A stretch of DNA of 64,000 nt from the NCBI GenBank assembly GCA_025558095.1, contig JAIVFI010000024.1, forward strand, positions 248,001 to 312,000, read 5' to 3'. The stretch comes from Hyaloraphidium curvatum SAG 235-1. Lineage: Eukaryota > Fungi > Monoblepharomycota. Below the pieces are notes generated by a model. That model searched no databases, had not been told where the DNA came from, and saw only the letters and a list, made by a program, of their open reading frames with translations. Positions 23,397-34,416 of this stretch are shown in pieces (position 1 is the first letter of the stretch; every line of letters starts with the position of its first letter). The position numbers and the translations under genes were made by a program.

Positions 23397-24796
23397 ATGG
23401 CCGCCCTCCCCGCGATGAACACCTTCCGCGCGACGCTGCTGCTCGGCCTCCTGCTCGGTGGGCATCGAAAGCGGCGCCGCCGCCGCGCGCCGCCCCCGGG
23501 AGCGCCCCCCGGCCGCGATGCGCGGCGGTGCTCGGGCAAACACGCCCGCCACCCGCGCACGCGCTGACGCCGCCCCCCGCAGGCGCCGCCGTCTACATGT
23601 GGAGCAGCCCCTCCGCAGACCAGGCACTGCGCCGCGACAGGCGTGCGCCGACCACCTGGCAGGCCAGTGGGTGTCCGCCCCGCGCCGCTCGCGCCGGCAA
23701 ACAGCCGACCCCTGCACCCCGCAGACTACCCCGACCAGTGCGCCAAGCAGGGCCACATCGCAGTGACCTACGCCGAGGGCCCCGCGTGCGTGCATCTGCC
23801 TCCAGGCCCCGTCGCCTGCGCTGATCGGCCCCCTCGCCCGCAGTGAGCGCCTGACCCTCAGCATCGTGGACCAGCTCGGCTACATCGGTGGCCGCGGCGT
23901 CCGCGCCTCCTTCTTCCCCGTCGCCAGCTACCTGAACGACGTCGTGCTCCAGACTTCCGTCAAGTACGCCCAGCAGAAGGGCCACGTCGTCGGCTTCCGC
24001 TTCCCCACCGGCGTCGACCCCCGCGCCCTCTCGGACGCCGACCTCAAGGCCACCATGTGCCAGTCCGCCAACAAGGTGTCGGAGGCCATCGGCGTCAAGG
24101 GCCAGTGGCCCAAGTGTGAGCATCCGCGGCGGGCGGTGCCTGGTCCGCGACGTTGACAGTTGTGCGATTTCCCAGACGTCATGCTTCCCTTCGGCCAGGT
24201 CGACCAGCGCGTGGACCTCGCCGTCCGCAAGCTCGGCTTCCAGCCCGTCTCGTGGAACATCGACAGCATGGACTACAACACCAACAAGGACGACTGCACC
24301 GCCATCCCCAAGGCCTACCGCGAGCAGCTCGGCCGCCTGCCCGCCGGGTGGGGCAAGTTCATCGCCCTGCAGCACGACATGCTGCCCTGCACCCAGACCA
24401 CCATGGACGAGGTGTTTAACCTGATCGTGCAGTACAACTACACCGCCGTGCCCATGGACGTGTGCCTGGGCGACTCGTCGGCCTACCTGACCTGTGAGTT
24501 GAGCCGTCAAAGCGCCCTGCCGCCCTTTGCTCACCCTCGAACCCCATCCAGCGCTCGACTGCGACGGCGTCACCATGTCTGACCCCCCCGCCGACTCGGG
24601 CAGCCCGGCCCCGGCCTCGCCCGCGCCCGCGCCCGCCCCCGCGCCCGCCGCACCTGCCCCGGCCCCCTCGCCCAGCTCCAACAACGGCGCCTCGGCCTCC
24701 CCCTCGGCCCCGAAACCCAACTCGGCCCAGGCCTCGGCCCCCGCGCTCGTCCTGGCCGGCCTGCTGGCCGCGGCCGTCGCACGGCGCAACCTCTGA
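23397..24796 (+). CDS. Polysaccharide/chitin deacetylase (CE4/NodB)-like protein, secreted with a GPI-like tail, catalytic motifs degenerate
   Basis: Signal peptide; QC..GHIAVTYAEGP, ASFF, GHVVG, MLPFG, WNIDSMDY, FIALQHD, VPMDVCLGD. Pro/Ala/Ser stalk followed by a hydrophobic C-terminus. About 5 introns. Confidence 0.85.
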
Positions 24797-26029
24797 GCGT
24801 CGCAAGGGACGGAGGACGGGAAGCGGTGCCGCCCGCGGGGCGGGGGGACCGCAGCCCCGGACGGTATACCCGGATCGTTGAATTGGGAGTGCGAGCTTGT
24901 AATAGACCTGCACGGCTACGGTTACAAAGGCGAGAATCTCGGACAGTGATAGACCGCGGATCCCCAGTGCGGGGGAGGCGGTGAGTATTGTCCTTTGCCC
25001 GTCCGCCGCCGGCCGCGAAACGTGTGCAACGAAGGGTGTAGCAACGGAGGGTGTATTTCTCGGCCCGTACATGTTTGCCTGCGGGCGGCGGAGCGCGTCA
25101 GACCGTGCCGCACACTGGGCTCTCCGCACCATCAGTAAGGCAACGTGCCACGTGACGGCCCGCGCCCAATACGGATGCGTTGTCGCGGGGCTGCTTACCT
25201 ATCGTGGGAGTGTCGAGGGTTGGGTTGACGGAGCGAGGGACGGTCTGCCGGGAAGGCGGGACAAAGTGAGCAAAAGAACGCGAACGATCGAGGGGGGGGA
25301 GAGGGAGGAGAGCGAGGCGGCATCAGCCAGTGCCCATCTGGCGTTTCGAATCATCTAGATTTGGGTTTTCATAAGACCGTCGTGATGAAGTGTATAGGAC
25401 TCATCCTGCGCCGCGTGCGGGGAGGGGAGGGGGAATGGGGGCTTACCTGGGCTTTGGGCAGCAGTGGAGGTCGTGCGGAGCGCGTCGGTGGGGGGTGATG
25501 GCGCGCAGGGGAGGATGGGGAACGCGTCAGGGGGATGGATGGGGAAGGGGCGCGGCGGCGGCTCTCTGCACGCGAAGTAAGGAGGTGCCGCCATCGCGGG
25601 GCGGTCTCCAGGCATGGTGCATTGCGGAGCCGCGCCGGCGAGGCGGGGGAGGCTCACCAGTGGCCTGTTGCTGCCGGAGCCGAATCGGTTTGTTGTGTTG
25701 TTGGCCTGGGAGCTGAAATGGTAGGCGAGTGGGCCTAAAGCAGTCGGCTAGGAAAAAAAGCGGCTGGTGCCCTCGACCGGGAACCGACGGTTCGTTACCC
25801 TGGCCAGCCCCCGCGTGCTCCGGGGCCGCAGCGCCGCGATCTCGCGGAATCGGGGTCGCGAGGCGTTCCGCCGCGTCTGGCCGGGGCCGCAGCCCCGATC
25901 CCCCCCGCGCACCGAAACCCCCCGCCGCGACCGCCCGCCCGAATGGCCCCGCCGCCACGGCTCTGAGAGGCTGCAGGAGCGCAGGACGGGCCCGATCGCG
26001 CCCTCTGGGGCGCTGAGACGCCGATCGCC

Positions 26030-27598
26030 ATGGAGCGGCCGCCGCCGCCGGGCTCGGACGCGGGCACCGCCGACACCGACGGGTCGCCGCGGCGCCGCCC
26101 GCCGCCGCGCGCAAAGGCCGGGTCGGTGCGCCGCTCGTGCGACGTGTGCTCGCTGCGCCGCGTCAAGTGCGACGCCACGCTGCCCGCCTGCCGCCGCTGC
26201 ATCAAGAGCGGCGCCGCGTGCAACTACTCGCGCAGCAAGAAGCGCGGCCCAAAGCGCGCGCTGGACGCGCACGGCGTGCTGGACGAGGCCGACGACGGCG
26301 GGAAGGGCCGCGCGCGCCGCAGAAAGGGCTCGCCGCCGGGCTCGGACTCGCCCGCCGGCTCGCCGGACGGCAGGGCTCTTGCCGGCGTGCCGCAGCGCAC
26401 CGCCTCGGGCCGCCGCGTGTCGGAGCTGCGCATCGCAACGGCCGGCTTCGCCACGCTGCCCGACGGCCACTCGCCGCGCACTTTGACCAACCCCGGGCCG
26501 CTGCCGGGAGGCTCGCTGCCGCCCGGGACCTACGTCGCCCTCGATATGGGCGCCGCCAACTTCCTCCCTCCCGGCTCCCCATTTTACCCCGGCGTCCCCA
26601 TCGCCCAGGGACAGCCGATCATGGCCGCTCCGGGCCCGGGCACGCCCATCGGCACCGCCCAGATGTGGCCGGGCCCGACCCCGCTGTCAACCGTCTCCCC
26701 CGCAAACACCCTCGTCGGCGCCGGCAACTCGCCGCAATCGGTCGAGACCCCGGGACAATACGTCATCATCCAGACGCAGTACCAGCCCCCCGGCGTCGCG
26801 GCCGTGGGGCCGGGCGGGCAGGTGGTGCAGTACACCCCGGGCCAGCTGGTGCACTACGCCACGGGGCAGACGATACAGGTGCCCGGCGCATCGGGACCCG
26901 GCGGCGGCCCGCAGATCTATATCCTGCCGCAGCAGCCGCCGCCCGCGGGCCCGCAGGCCATCCCGGCGGCGCCGGCGGGCTTGCAGCCGGCACCGGCGCC
27001 CGCGTCGCTCGAGGCCCCTGGCCTAGGCCTGGCACCGGTGATGGTCGCGGGCCAGCAGGACGCCGTGCTCTCCGGGCTCCCACCGCAGCCCATCGACACC
27101 CAGCCGGCGCCGCTGCTGCCCCCGCAGCCTTCGCAGACCCTCACCCCTGCATCCACCTCTACCCCGAGCCCCTACCAGATATCCGTGGTCCCCGCGGTCG
27201 GCAGCAACCTCTACGGTGCGCAGGGCCAGCAGACCGTCTACATCCAGGTGCCCACGCCGATCGCCACCCCGCCTCCCCCGGCCGCCACCGCACAGCCTCC
27301 GGCCCCCGCGCAGGCGCAGCTCCAGATGCAGCCGGCGGGTGGATACCTCCCCGCGCAGCCGGCACCGGTGGTCGTCGCGCCCGTCTCGGCGCCGCTGGCC
27401 GTCGTCGCGCTGCCGGGGCAGGGCATGGTGGACCCCTCGGGCCTGGTGCAGCCTCCCCTGCAGGCTGCCTCGACCCTGACCATGGCGGACATCCAGGCGC
27501 CGCAGCACAACCTGATGGCGATGCCGATGCGGCTGGCGGACGTGGGGGTGGGGCTGCAGCCGCAGGGGGAGTACGTGGTGAACCCGAAGCTGGAGTGA
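26030..27598 (+). CDS. Zn(II)2Cys6 fungal transcription factor with a Pro/Gln-rich activation region
   Basis: SCDVCSLRRVKCDATLPACRRCIKSGAACNY..KKRGPK. Confidence 0.92.
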   Translation: MERPPPPGSDAGTADTDGSPRRRPPPRAKAGSVRRSCDVCSLRRVKCDATLPACRRCIKSGAACNYSRSKKRGPKRALDAHGVLDEADDGGKGRARRRKGSPPGSDSPAGSPDGRALAGVPQRTASGRRVSELRIATAGFATLPDGHSPRTLTNPGPLPGGSLPPGTYVALDMGAANFLPPGSPFYPGVPIAQGQPIMAAPGPGTPIGTAQMWPGPTPLSTVSPANTLVGAGNSPQSVETPGQYVIIQTQYQPPGVAAVGPGGQVVQYTPGQLVHYATGQTIQVPGASGPGGGPQIYILPQQPPPAGPQAIPAAPAGLQPAPAPASLEAPGLGLAPVMVAGQQDAVLSGLPPQPIDTQPAPLLPPQPSQTLTPASTSTPSPYQISVVPAVGSNLYGAQGQQTVYIQVPTPIATPPPPAATAQPPAPAQAQLQMQPAGGYLPAQPAPVVVAPVSAPLAVVALPGQGMVDPSGLVQPPLQAASTLTMADIQAPQHNLMAMPMRLADVGVGLQPQGEYVVNPKLE

Positions 27599-27783
27599 GG
27601 GGAGGGGGGAGGGAGGCGAGATACCCTGGAGCACGGCCGAAAGTGAAGCTTAGATTGCCAATGTCCTACGTCTCTACTACGATAAAGTATTCTGTTGTCT
27701 GCTGCAAAGAAAAGCAGTGCGTTCATCGGGCTCCAAGTCCAGCTCCGTCCGACTCCATTGCAAGTGAACCTCAAGGAACCCAT

Positions 27784-30167
27784 CTAGTTGTCCTTGATCG
27801 AAGCGTACAGCCCCTTGAGGTCGGTGTCGAACTTGTCCTTTAGCGCGTTCCGCTTGTTCTTGAGACTCGGCGTTATGAGGCCCTCCTCGACAGTGAAGCC
27901 GCCGGGGAACAGCGTGATCGCCTGGAAGACGACTCGGTCAGCCTCAACCACCGCCATGCGACGCCCTCCGAACCTTCGGAATTTCGTAGCCCAGCAGCCC
28001 GTTGGCCTTGCCCACCGCAATCACGTCCTCCTGCACCGTACGCCTCAGGTCCTCGTCCCTGCACAGCGAAGGCAGGTCGGCCGGCTTGCCGCGCTCCTTG
28101 GCCCACGCGGCCGCGCGTTCCGGGTCGGGGCAGACAACAGCGACCAGCCAGCGGGCCTGGAGCTCGCCGTAGACGAAGGCCTGGGCGACCCACGGGGAGC
28201 GCATGATGATGGCTTCGATCTGAAGCCAGGAATCGTGAGCGGGAATCCGCGGAACGGAATGCGCGGCGGACGAACCCGCTCGGGGGCGACAAACTCCCCC
28301 TGGCTCATCTTGAAAACGTTCTTTGCACGGTCGATGATCCTGATCGTCCCGTCGGGCAGCATCTCGGCGACGTCGCCCATGGCCAGGTAGCCCTGCTCAC
28401 TGAACGATCAAAAGGATCAGCTCCGGGTCTCCCCTGCGGAAGACAACCGGACCGAAACCCACTCGATCGTCTCCTTGGTCTTCCCCGGTTCGCGGAGGTA
28501 CTCGGTCATGACGTTGGGCCCGCGGACGAGCACCTCCCCCCTGGGCGGGTTCGACGACGTGCTGTACCCGAGCTCGGGCACGTCGCGCAGGACGACGTCC
28601 ATGAACTGGTACGGCCGGCCGACGTGGCTGCCATAGGGCGTGCGGGGGTCGTTGACCGAGGTGTTGGTCGCGAGGCCGGTTCCCTCTACGCGCAATCAGC
28701 GATCGAGCCACCCAAAATCGCAGAGGCAATTTACCCGTCTGCCCGAAGACCTCGCACATCTGGACGCCGAACACGATCCGGCAGAATTCCAGGGAGTTGA
28801 CGTCCACCGCCGCAGCTCCGGCGGTGATGTACCGCATCTTTCCGCCGAGCACGGCCTGGAGCTTTCCAAAGATGGCGCGATCCCACTCGGTGTCCCGCGA
28901 GATGATGCCCTGCTCGATCATCAGTTTCCGCTTGGCGCGGAAGCCCTCGTCGAACTTCCTTTTGAACTCGGGTCCCTGCGCGTCCACCATGTTCCTGACG
29001 ACGCCGACGAGCCGGTTGAGGATCCGAGGCACCATGAGCAGGGCGACCGGCTTGGCTGCCTGCATGTCCGAGAAAAGCTCCGTCTGAACGCCCGTGGCGA
29101 ATGCGAGGCCCATCCCCGCGGAGACAAACGCCCAGCTGATGATGCGGTCGCCGATGTGCGCGGTCGGGAGGTAGGAGAACGAGTTTTCGCCGGGCGTGAA
29201 CTTCCAGCCGAGGTCGTCGATGATCGTCTGGACGGAGAAGGCGAAGCAGCGCTGGGAGAGGACAGCGCCTTTGGGATTTCCCTGCGAAGAACGGATGGCG
29301 TGAGGAGGCAAGCGGCAGGGTGGCGGCAAGGCAAGCTCACCGTCGTGCCACTGGTCGACACGATCGACATGGGAGCGTACTCGTCCTTGGTCGGCGACGG
29401 CGGCAGGGTGCCTTTGCTGCCCTCCGCGAGCAGATCGTCGAAGGTAAAGAGGCTCACTCCCGCGCTGGCCGCCGCGGCCTTCAGCTTGTCGTCGGGGCGA
29501 AAACCGATGAGCACCAGCTTGTTCAGCGTCGGGATCTTGTCCTCGGCCTTGAGCCTGACGAGCCTGGCGGCGTTGGGCTCGCCGCAAAACACAATCGAGA
29601 CGTCGCAGAGGTTGCGGATGATGTGGATGATGCCGCCCTCGTCCCCGGTGACGTAGAGGGGGACGTTGGCGTAGCCCGCGGCCATGCAGGCGATGTCGGT
29701 AATGTACCATTCCTGGTCAGCAGTCAGATTAGGTCCTCGTCGGATGGGCGGCAAGAGGAACCCACGGGGCAATTGTGGAGCATGATCCCAACGAAGTCGG
29801 TGCCAGGCCTGACGCCCATTCGACGCAGAGAAGTCGCGATGGCCAACGCCCGTGCTTCTCCTTCGTCCCAGGTCATCCAGGAGTACTCGGCGCCCGGCTT
29901 GCGGACCCCGAACAGATTCGCTTTCCCCCCTGCCATCCCCTTGGCACGCTGGAACACCTCCCACATGGTCCGGGGGGAGTTGCCCCTGACGCGGTCCCAC
30001 GATTCGGGTCCGTCAGGGGACCGCTTGCTCCGGATGATAGCCGAGTGCCCCGGACGCGTCGAGGGGAGCAGGATCGCCTGCATCTCGCCGGCGCGCGTCC
30101 GGAGCGCGGCGGCCTCGCCGGGCGAGAAAGTGTCCGGGGCGCGCTGAACGGCCTCGAGCGTCGTCAT
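27784..30167 (-). CDS. Long-chain fatty acyl-CoA synthetase
   Basis: Motifs STSGTTGNPKG, SYLPTAHI, EVFGQTE, GEVLVRGPNVMTEY, GDVA..IIDRAKNVFKMSQGEFVAPE, LITPSLKNKR. About 6 introns. Confidence 0.93.
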
Positions 30168-30458
30168 TTCTGTTCGGCTGGGGGAAACCCTTCCGGGATA
30201 TCGGGAAGAAACGATGCCTTCCTTCTCTGTGCGAGAGCGGTCGACAGCTCCCGAAAGCGGAGTGGGAGACGTCGCGGAGGCGTGGCAAGTCTAGGCCGGG
30301 CGTATAGGCGGGACGATACGAACCCCAACCGCCAAATATGCCAGCGAATGCGGATCGAGGACAGCTGAAGACGGATGCACAGGACTAGGTGAGGCCGCAA
30401 CTGATGCTGGAAGGCCTTCTATTCGGCATCCATGCCTCTCGCCCGCAGAACTGCCCAA

Positions 30459-31511
30459 TCAAGGCCTCCTCTCCAGTCCGGCTTTCACGCACAAAAGGTC
30501 CATCCACGATCCGCTCAATCGCATGCTGGCAATGGCCGGCCAGGTCGAGATGTCGGCGCCCTCGGCGGGCAATTCGACCGCCGTTTTCCGAAACTGCGGC
30601 GACATCTGCTGCAGCGGGTAGATGCGGTAGCCCAGCGACGCCAGGAGCTTCAGGTAAAGCCGTGCGTGGGCCTCGCTCTCGAAAAGCGACGGGCTCAGCT
30701 CGCTGAGGATGATGTCGTAGCCGCGCTGCACGAACGATGAAATCCCGCCGAGCAGGACGTCGAGCTCATGACCCTGCACGTCCACTTTCATTATGTTGAC
30801 GGGAGCATTAATTACGTCGTCGAGAGCGATGGTCGGAATTTGCTGGCAGGTCTTGTTGTAGCGCTCCCGGTGCAGCTGGGTGATCTCGCTGCAGCTTTTG
30901 ATGAATTTCACGGACTGGTAGCCTCTACCGACGCTGACAGCCGCGTGTAGGGTTCCCGGCGCGATGCTCAAGCCTGCTTTGTGCAAGACGACATTGTCCG
31001 CGTGCCCAAACCGGCGCTCAAGTTCTTGAGCGAGCAGCGGGTGCGGCTCGAACGAGACGATCTTGGTTTGGGGCGCGATTTTGAGCGTGGTCTCGATGAA
31101 GTCGCCGCGGTTGGCGCCAATGTCTAACACGGTGCACCCAGACGACGGGCACGTCTTGAGCAGTTCGCCGTAAAGGCTCTCTGGCGTGGTCGCCACATCG
31201 ACGCAAGCATTGTAAGGCGGGCCCAGGCACAGGCGGTCGGGCTTGGCAAACACGCGAAAGTCCGACGAAGGGGCGATGCTGAGCGAGGAGGAAGCACCGG
31301 GTCCGTGGCTAATCGTCCGGGATCCCGGGACGGGGCTGGCGGTGGAGTGCAGGCCGGGGGAGCCATTGGGCTGGGGATCCGACGGGCCGTGCGTCGACCA
31401 AAAGGTCAGGCCCATGGCCAAGGCAACGAAAGACAGCGTCGCGCAAAAGAGCTTGTCCTTGAGCGGCCGCCGCCCGGCTTTCCTCAGGGCAAAGGACTCG
31501 GCGGCAACCAT
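30459..31511 (-). CDS. FkbM-family SAM-dependent methyltransferase, type II membrane anchor, intronless
   Basis: Motifs VLDIGANRG, IVSFEPHP, IALDDVI..VNIMKVDVQGHELDVLLG. N-terminal hydrophobic anchor. Confidence 0.85.
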   Translation of the reverse strand: MVAAESFALRKAGRRPLKDKLFCATLSFVALAMGLTFWSTHGPSDPQPNGSPGLHSTASPVPGSRTISHGPGASSSLSIAPSSDFRVFAKPDRLCLGPPYNACVDVATTPESLYGELLKTCPSSGCTVLDIGANRGDFIETTLKIAPQTKIVSFEPHPLLAQELERRFGHADNVVLHKAGLSIAPGTLHAAVSVGRGYQSVKFIKSCSEITQLHRERYNKTCQQIPTIALDDVINAPVNIMKVDVQGHELDVLLGGISSFVQRGYDIILSELSPSLFESEAHARLYLKLLASLGYRIYPLQQMSPQFRKTAVELPAEGADISTWPAIASMRLSGSWMDLLCVKAGLERRP

Positions 31512-31666
31512 TTTGTTTGTGCGTCCTTGCGGCCAGGTCCCTCATTGAGTAGTGATCAATCGGGGCCGCGTCTCAAAAGTAAATAACGGACGAGTCACCT
31601 TCTTCCGTCGCGCCATCGCCCTCCTTGGAGCCCGCCGGCTTGCTCCAGCGCGCATCAGAAAACATC

Positions 31667-33750
31667 ATGGCCGCCCACGCTGCTGGAACCGGGGAGCTTC
31701 CGCCGCGGCCGCAACTGGAATCGGCCCTCTGTGCCCTCCCGCCCGAAAGCCTCTCTGTTGTGATTTCTTACATGGGCAGGACCCTGGAGCACCCCCATTC
31801 GACGCCCTCGGAACTGCTCATGACCTGTCGCGACCTGCATGCGCTGGGAAGGGAGCCGTCGACGCGCGCACAGTTCCTGCTCGCAACGTACGGGACGCGA
31901 AAAGTCTGCGAGGGGGCAGGGTGGTGGACCTTGCTGCTTACCCGGGAAGTGCTTGCCATTCTCTTTCGGCGCGTCGGGAAGGTGCCGCGGTATCAGTTGC
32001 AGAGGCTCTACCACCGCTTCTACGGTGTCAACCGTGTGGACCTCCTCGCCACCCTGCTCGACTACGCCCAGACCACCGCGCTCGACGCTCAAGAACAAAT
32101 GTCTCCTGTATCCCGACTTCAGCGAGGCATGCATGCTCCCTTCCCAGGTTCAAGACGGGGACCGACGGCCGACCTGGAATGGTCTCGGCACGGAGTGGCT
32201 GCAGGGAGGTCACCTTTTCCTCATTCGCGCTGTTGCGCAGAACAAGACCAAAGATGCGCGTCGGCTGCTTCGCTATGGCGTTCGTCCGGCGCCCGACTTT
32301 TGCTCCCTTCTCTACCGCTGGGCATCTGGAAGCTTCGTGGAAGGAGATTCAAGCGCCCTTGACTGGCGATCGCCGAGCGGAGCAGATTCGTCTGTCGAAT
32401 GGGTCTCGCGGAGTGCAGCGGAACCTCTTGTCGAGGAGTTTCTCAACGTGTCTGGGGCTCCGCTGCCCAGCACCACGCACCAAAGGGGACATTTTCCGAC
32501 GTGCGAGGTGGCCGCAGCCATTGCGCACAGCCTTGGAACCCGCTCGGCTTACCCTCAGCTTCGCACCTTGGACCCGACGTGCCCTCTGGAAGTTGCGACA
32601 AAGGCGGGTCGCCAGGCTCTGGACAGGTGCAGACAGGTGGTGCCGGTTCTCTGCCAAAAGAGCTCCTCTGACCGATTGGAACATGAGGGAATCTTACAAG
32701 CGCAAGCTGATGGAGATCACGCAGATCCTCAGTAGCTACTCCGAGGGCGAGGTGGGTATCTGATGGGGAGTGCAAAGACCCCGACCTGACCTCGTGGAAG
32801 GATCTCTTTGCCGCGCTGCAAAACGAAGACAAGGATCGGATCGAACAGCTTTTCGATCTTGGGTGGAGCGTCTTGTTGGAAGACATGGTAGGCACGGACT
32901 CTCCGACCATTGTGCGGTCGCTGACCTGTAAACTTGTCAGGCCACGCTGCTTCTCAACCCTGACATTGGGCTGTCCCATCGGATCCTCGCTCAGCGCTGC
33001 GTTCCCGATCGGACAACCATTGCGGCGGTTCTCAGGGAGCTCACGCGGACTGACCACGCCATCGAGGAGAAGCAGGCCGCGGCCCGCATTCTGCTCGAGC
33101 TGCGCTGGGATCTTGTGGAGGACGAAGAAAGCGGACCCTGGCTTGCCGCACTGTTTGCCAATCCCGCTCTCCGGGCGTATCGCAGCCTCGTCCGCCATTT
33201 GATGCCGCCCTCGGCTGAGCTGCGGAACTTTCCGGCCGTCCTGGAGTACGACCTCGAATGCGCAATTGGAGCTGATCGGATAGAGGTGGGCTTTCGGCGA
33301 CGGAACATCGAAGTGCCGTTGACGATCCCGCCGCAGGACGTCGAACAACTGATGGATATGGGCGCATGCGCACCGCCGCTAGAGGTGCTGGAGATGCACC
33401 TCGCGGACCCCGCAGGCGCCGCCATCGTCCCCAGGCTTCTGCTGGCCTTCAACTATCCTCACACCCATCTTTCCGGTGTCCTACGCGGCGCCATCGCGCA
33501 CGGCAGGGCCGACGTGGTCGACCTCCTCCTCGCCCCGGGCCAGGGGAGCTATCCCCCCATGACCGATGAGATCATGCGCCTGCCGACAAAGCTGGGCGAC
33601 GCCGGTCTGTTCCGAAGGGTGCTCAAATTCGCCGCCAAGGAGCGTGCCATCGCCGGCGGATGGAAGGTGACACAGATTAGGGCGCTCATGCGGGGCCGGG
33701 AGTTCCCAGATGCGTTCAGGGATTACATGAGCTTGTACGGCATCCGGTAG
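31667..33750 (+). CDS. Hypothetical protein with an F-box-like N-terminus and ankyrin-like repeats
   Basis: LCALPPESLSVVISY..LLMTCRDLH (F-box-like). LIRAVAQNKTKDARRLLRYG and LRGAIAHGRADVVDLLL (ankyrin-like). Several introns; internal exon structure approximate. Confidence 0.55.
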
Positions 33751-34416
33751 TGGATCAAGCCTTCAGAGGCATTCTTCTCTTTCCTTTCCTGCTACAGCAG
33801 CTAATCGTGACATTGCCCGAACCACTTGATAGAGGAAGCCTGTCCGGCACTGCGGCCATCTGACCATCTGACTGCAGGTTCAGATTCGCCGATCATCCGT
33901 TCCGTTCGCCACCGTGCGGCTCCGTGGTGGCTTGCGCCTTGGCCGCCAGCCGCTGGTGGCGGCCGCATGGGGGCAAGGCGTGGCGCAGCTGGCCGCAATC
34001 CAAGAAATCGAAGAGCCCGGGGCACCGAGGAGGGGCAAGCGACCAAGTCCGCGAGCAACGGAAGGGATAGCTGCGAAAGCATTGCTCTGGCATGTGGGTT
34101 CGTTCAAGAGTGGCCGGTTGCGTGTGCGCGCGCTGCGATCCCCCAAAAGAAGGATACCAACCGTTTTCCCGAACCGGCCGCAGAAGGCGTGCATTTTCGC
34201 ACCTGCAGTGCACAAGAACCGTCTATGCTACTTGGAAAATGACTTGCCTGAGCATTTTGCGCTCCGTCCGGGACCCATGGTCCTCTCGAAGTGAGCTGAC
34301 GAAGTGTCCCTCCCTCAATGCTCTGTCCTTGTCGACGGAGGGGAGCGGGCGGCTACCGTCCCCCTCCCTCCCTCCGGCCTCCTTTTCCCACCAAGAGACT
34401 CATCCCAGTCGCCGCT

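Noticed and set aside
25442-25450. CTTACCTGG resembling the U1 snRNA 5' end
   Set aside because: The downstream sequence lacks the U1 stem-loop motifs and Sm site. It is more likely a chance match or a minus-strand splice donor.
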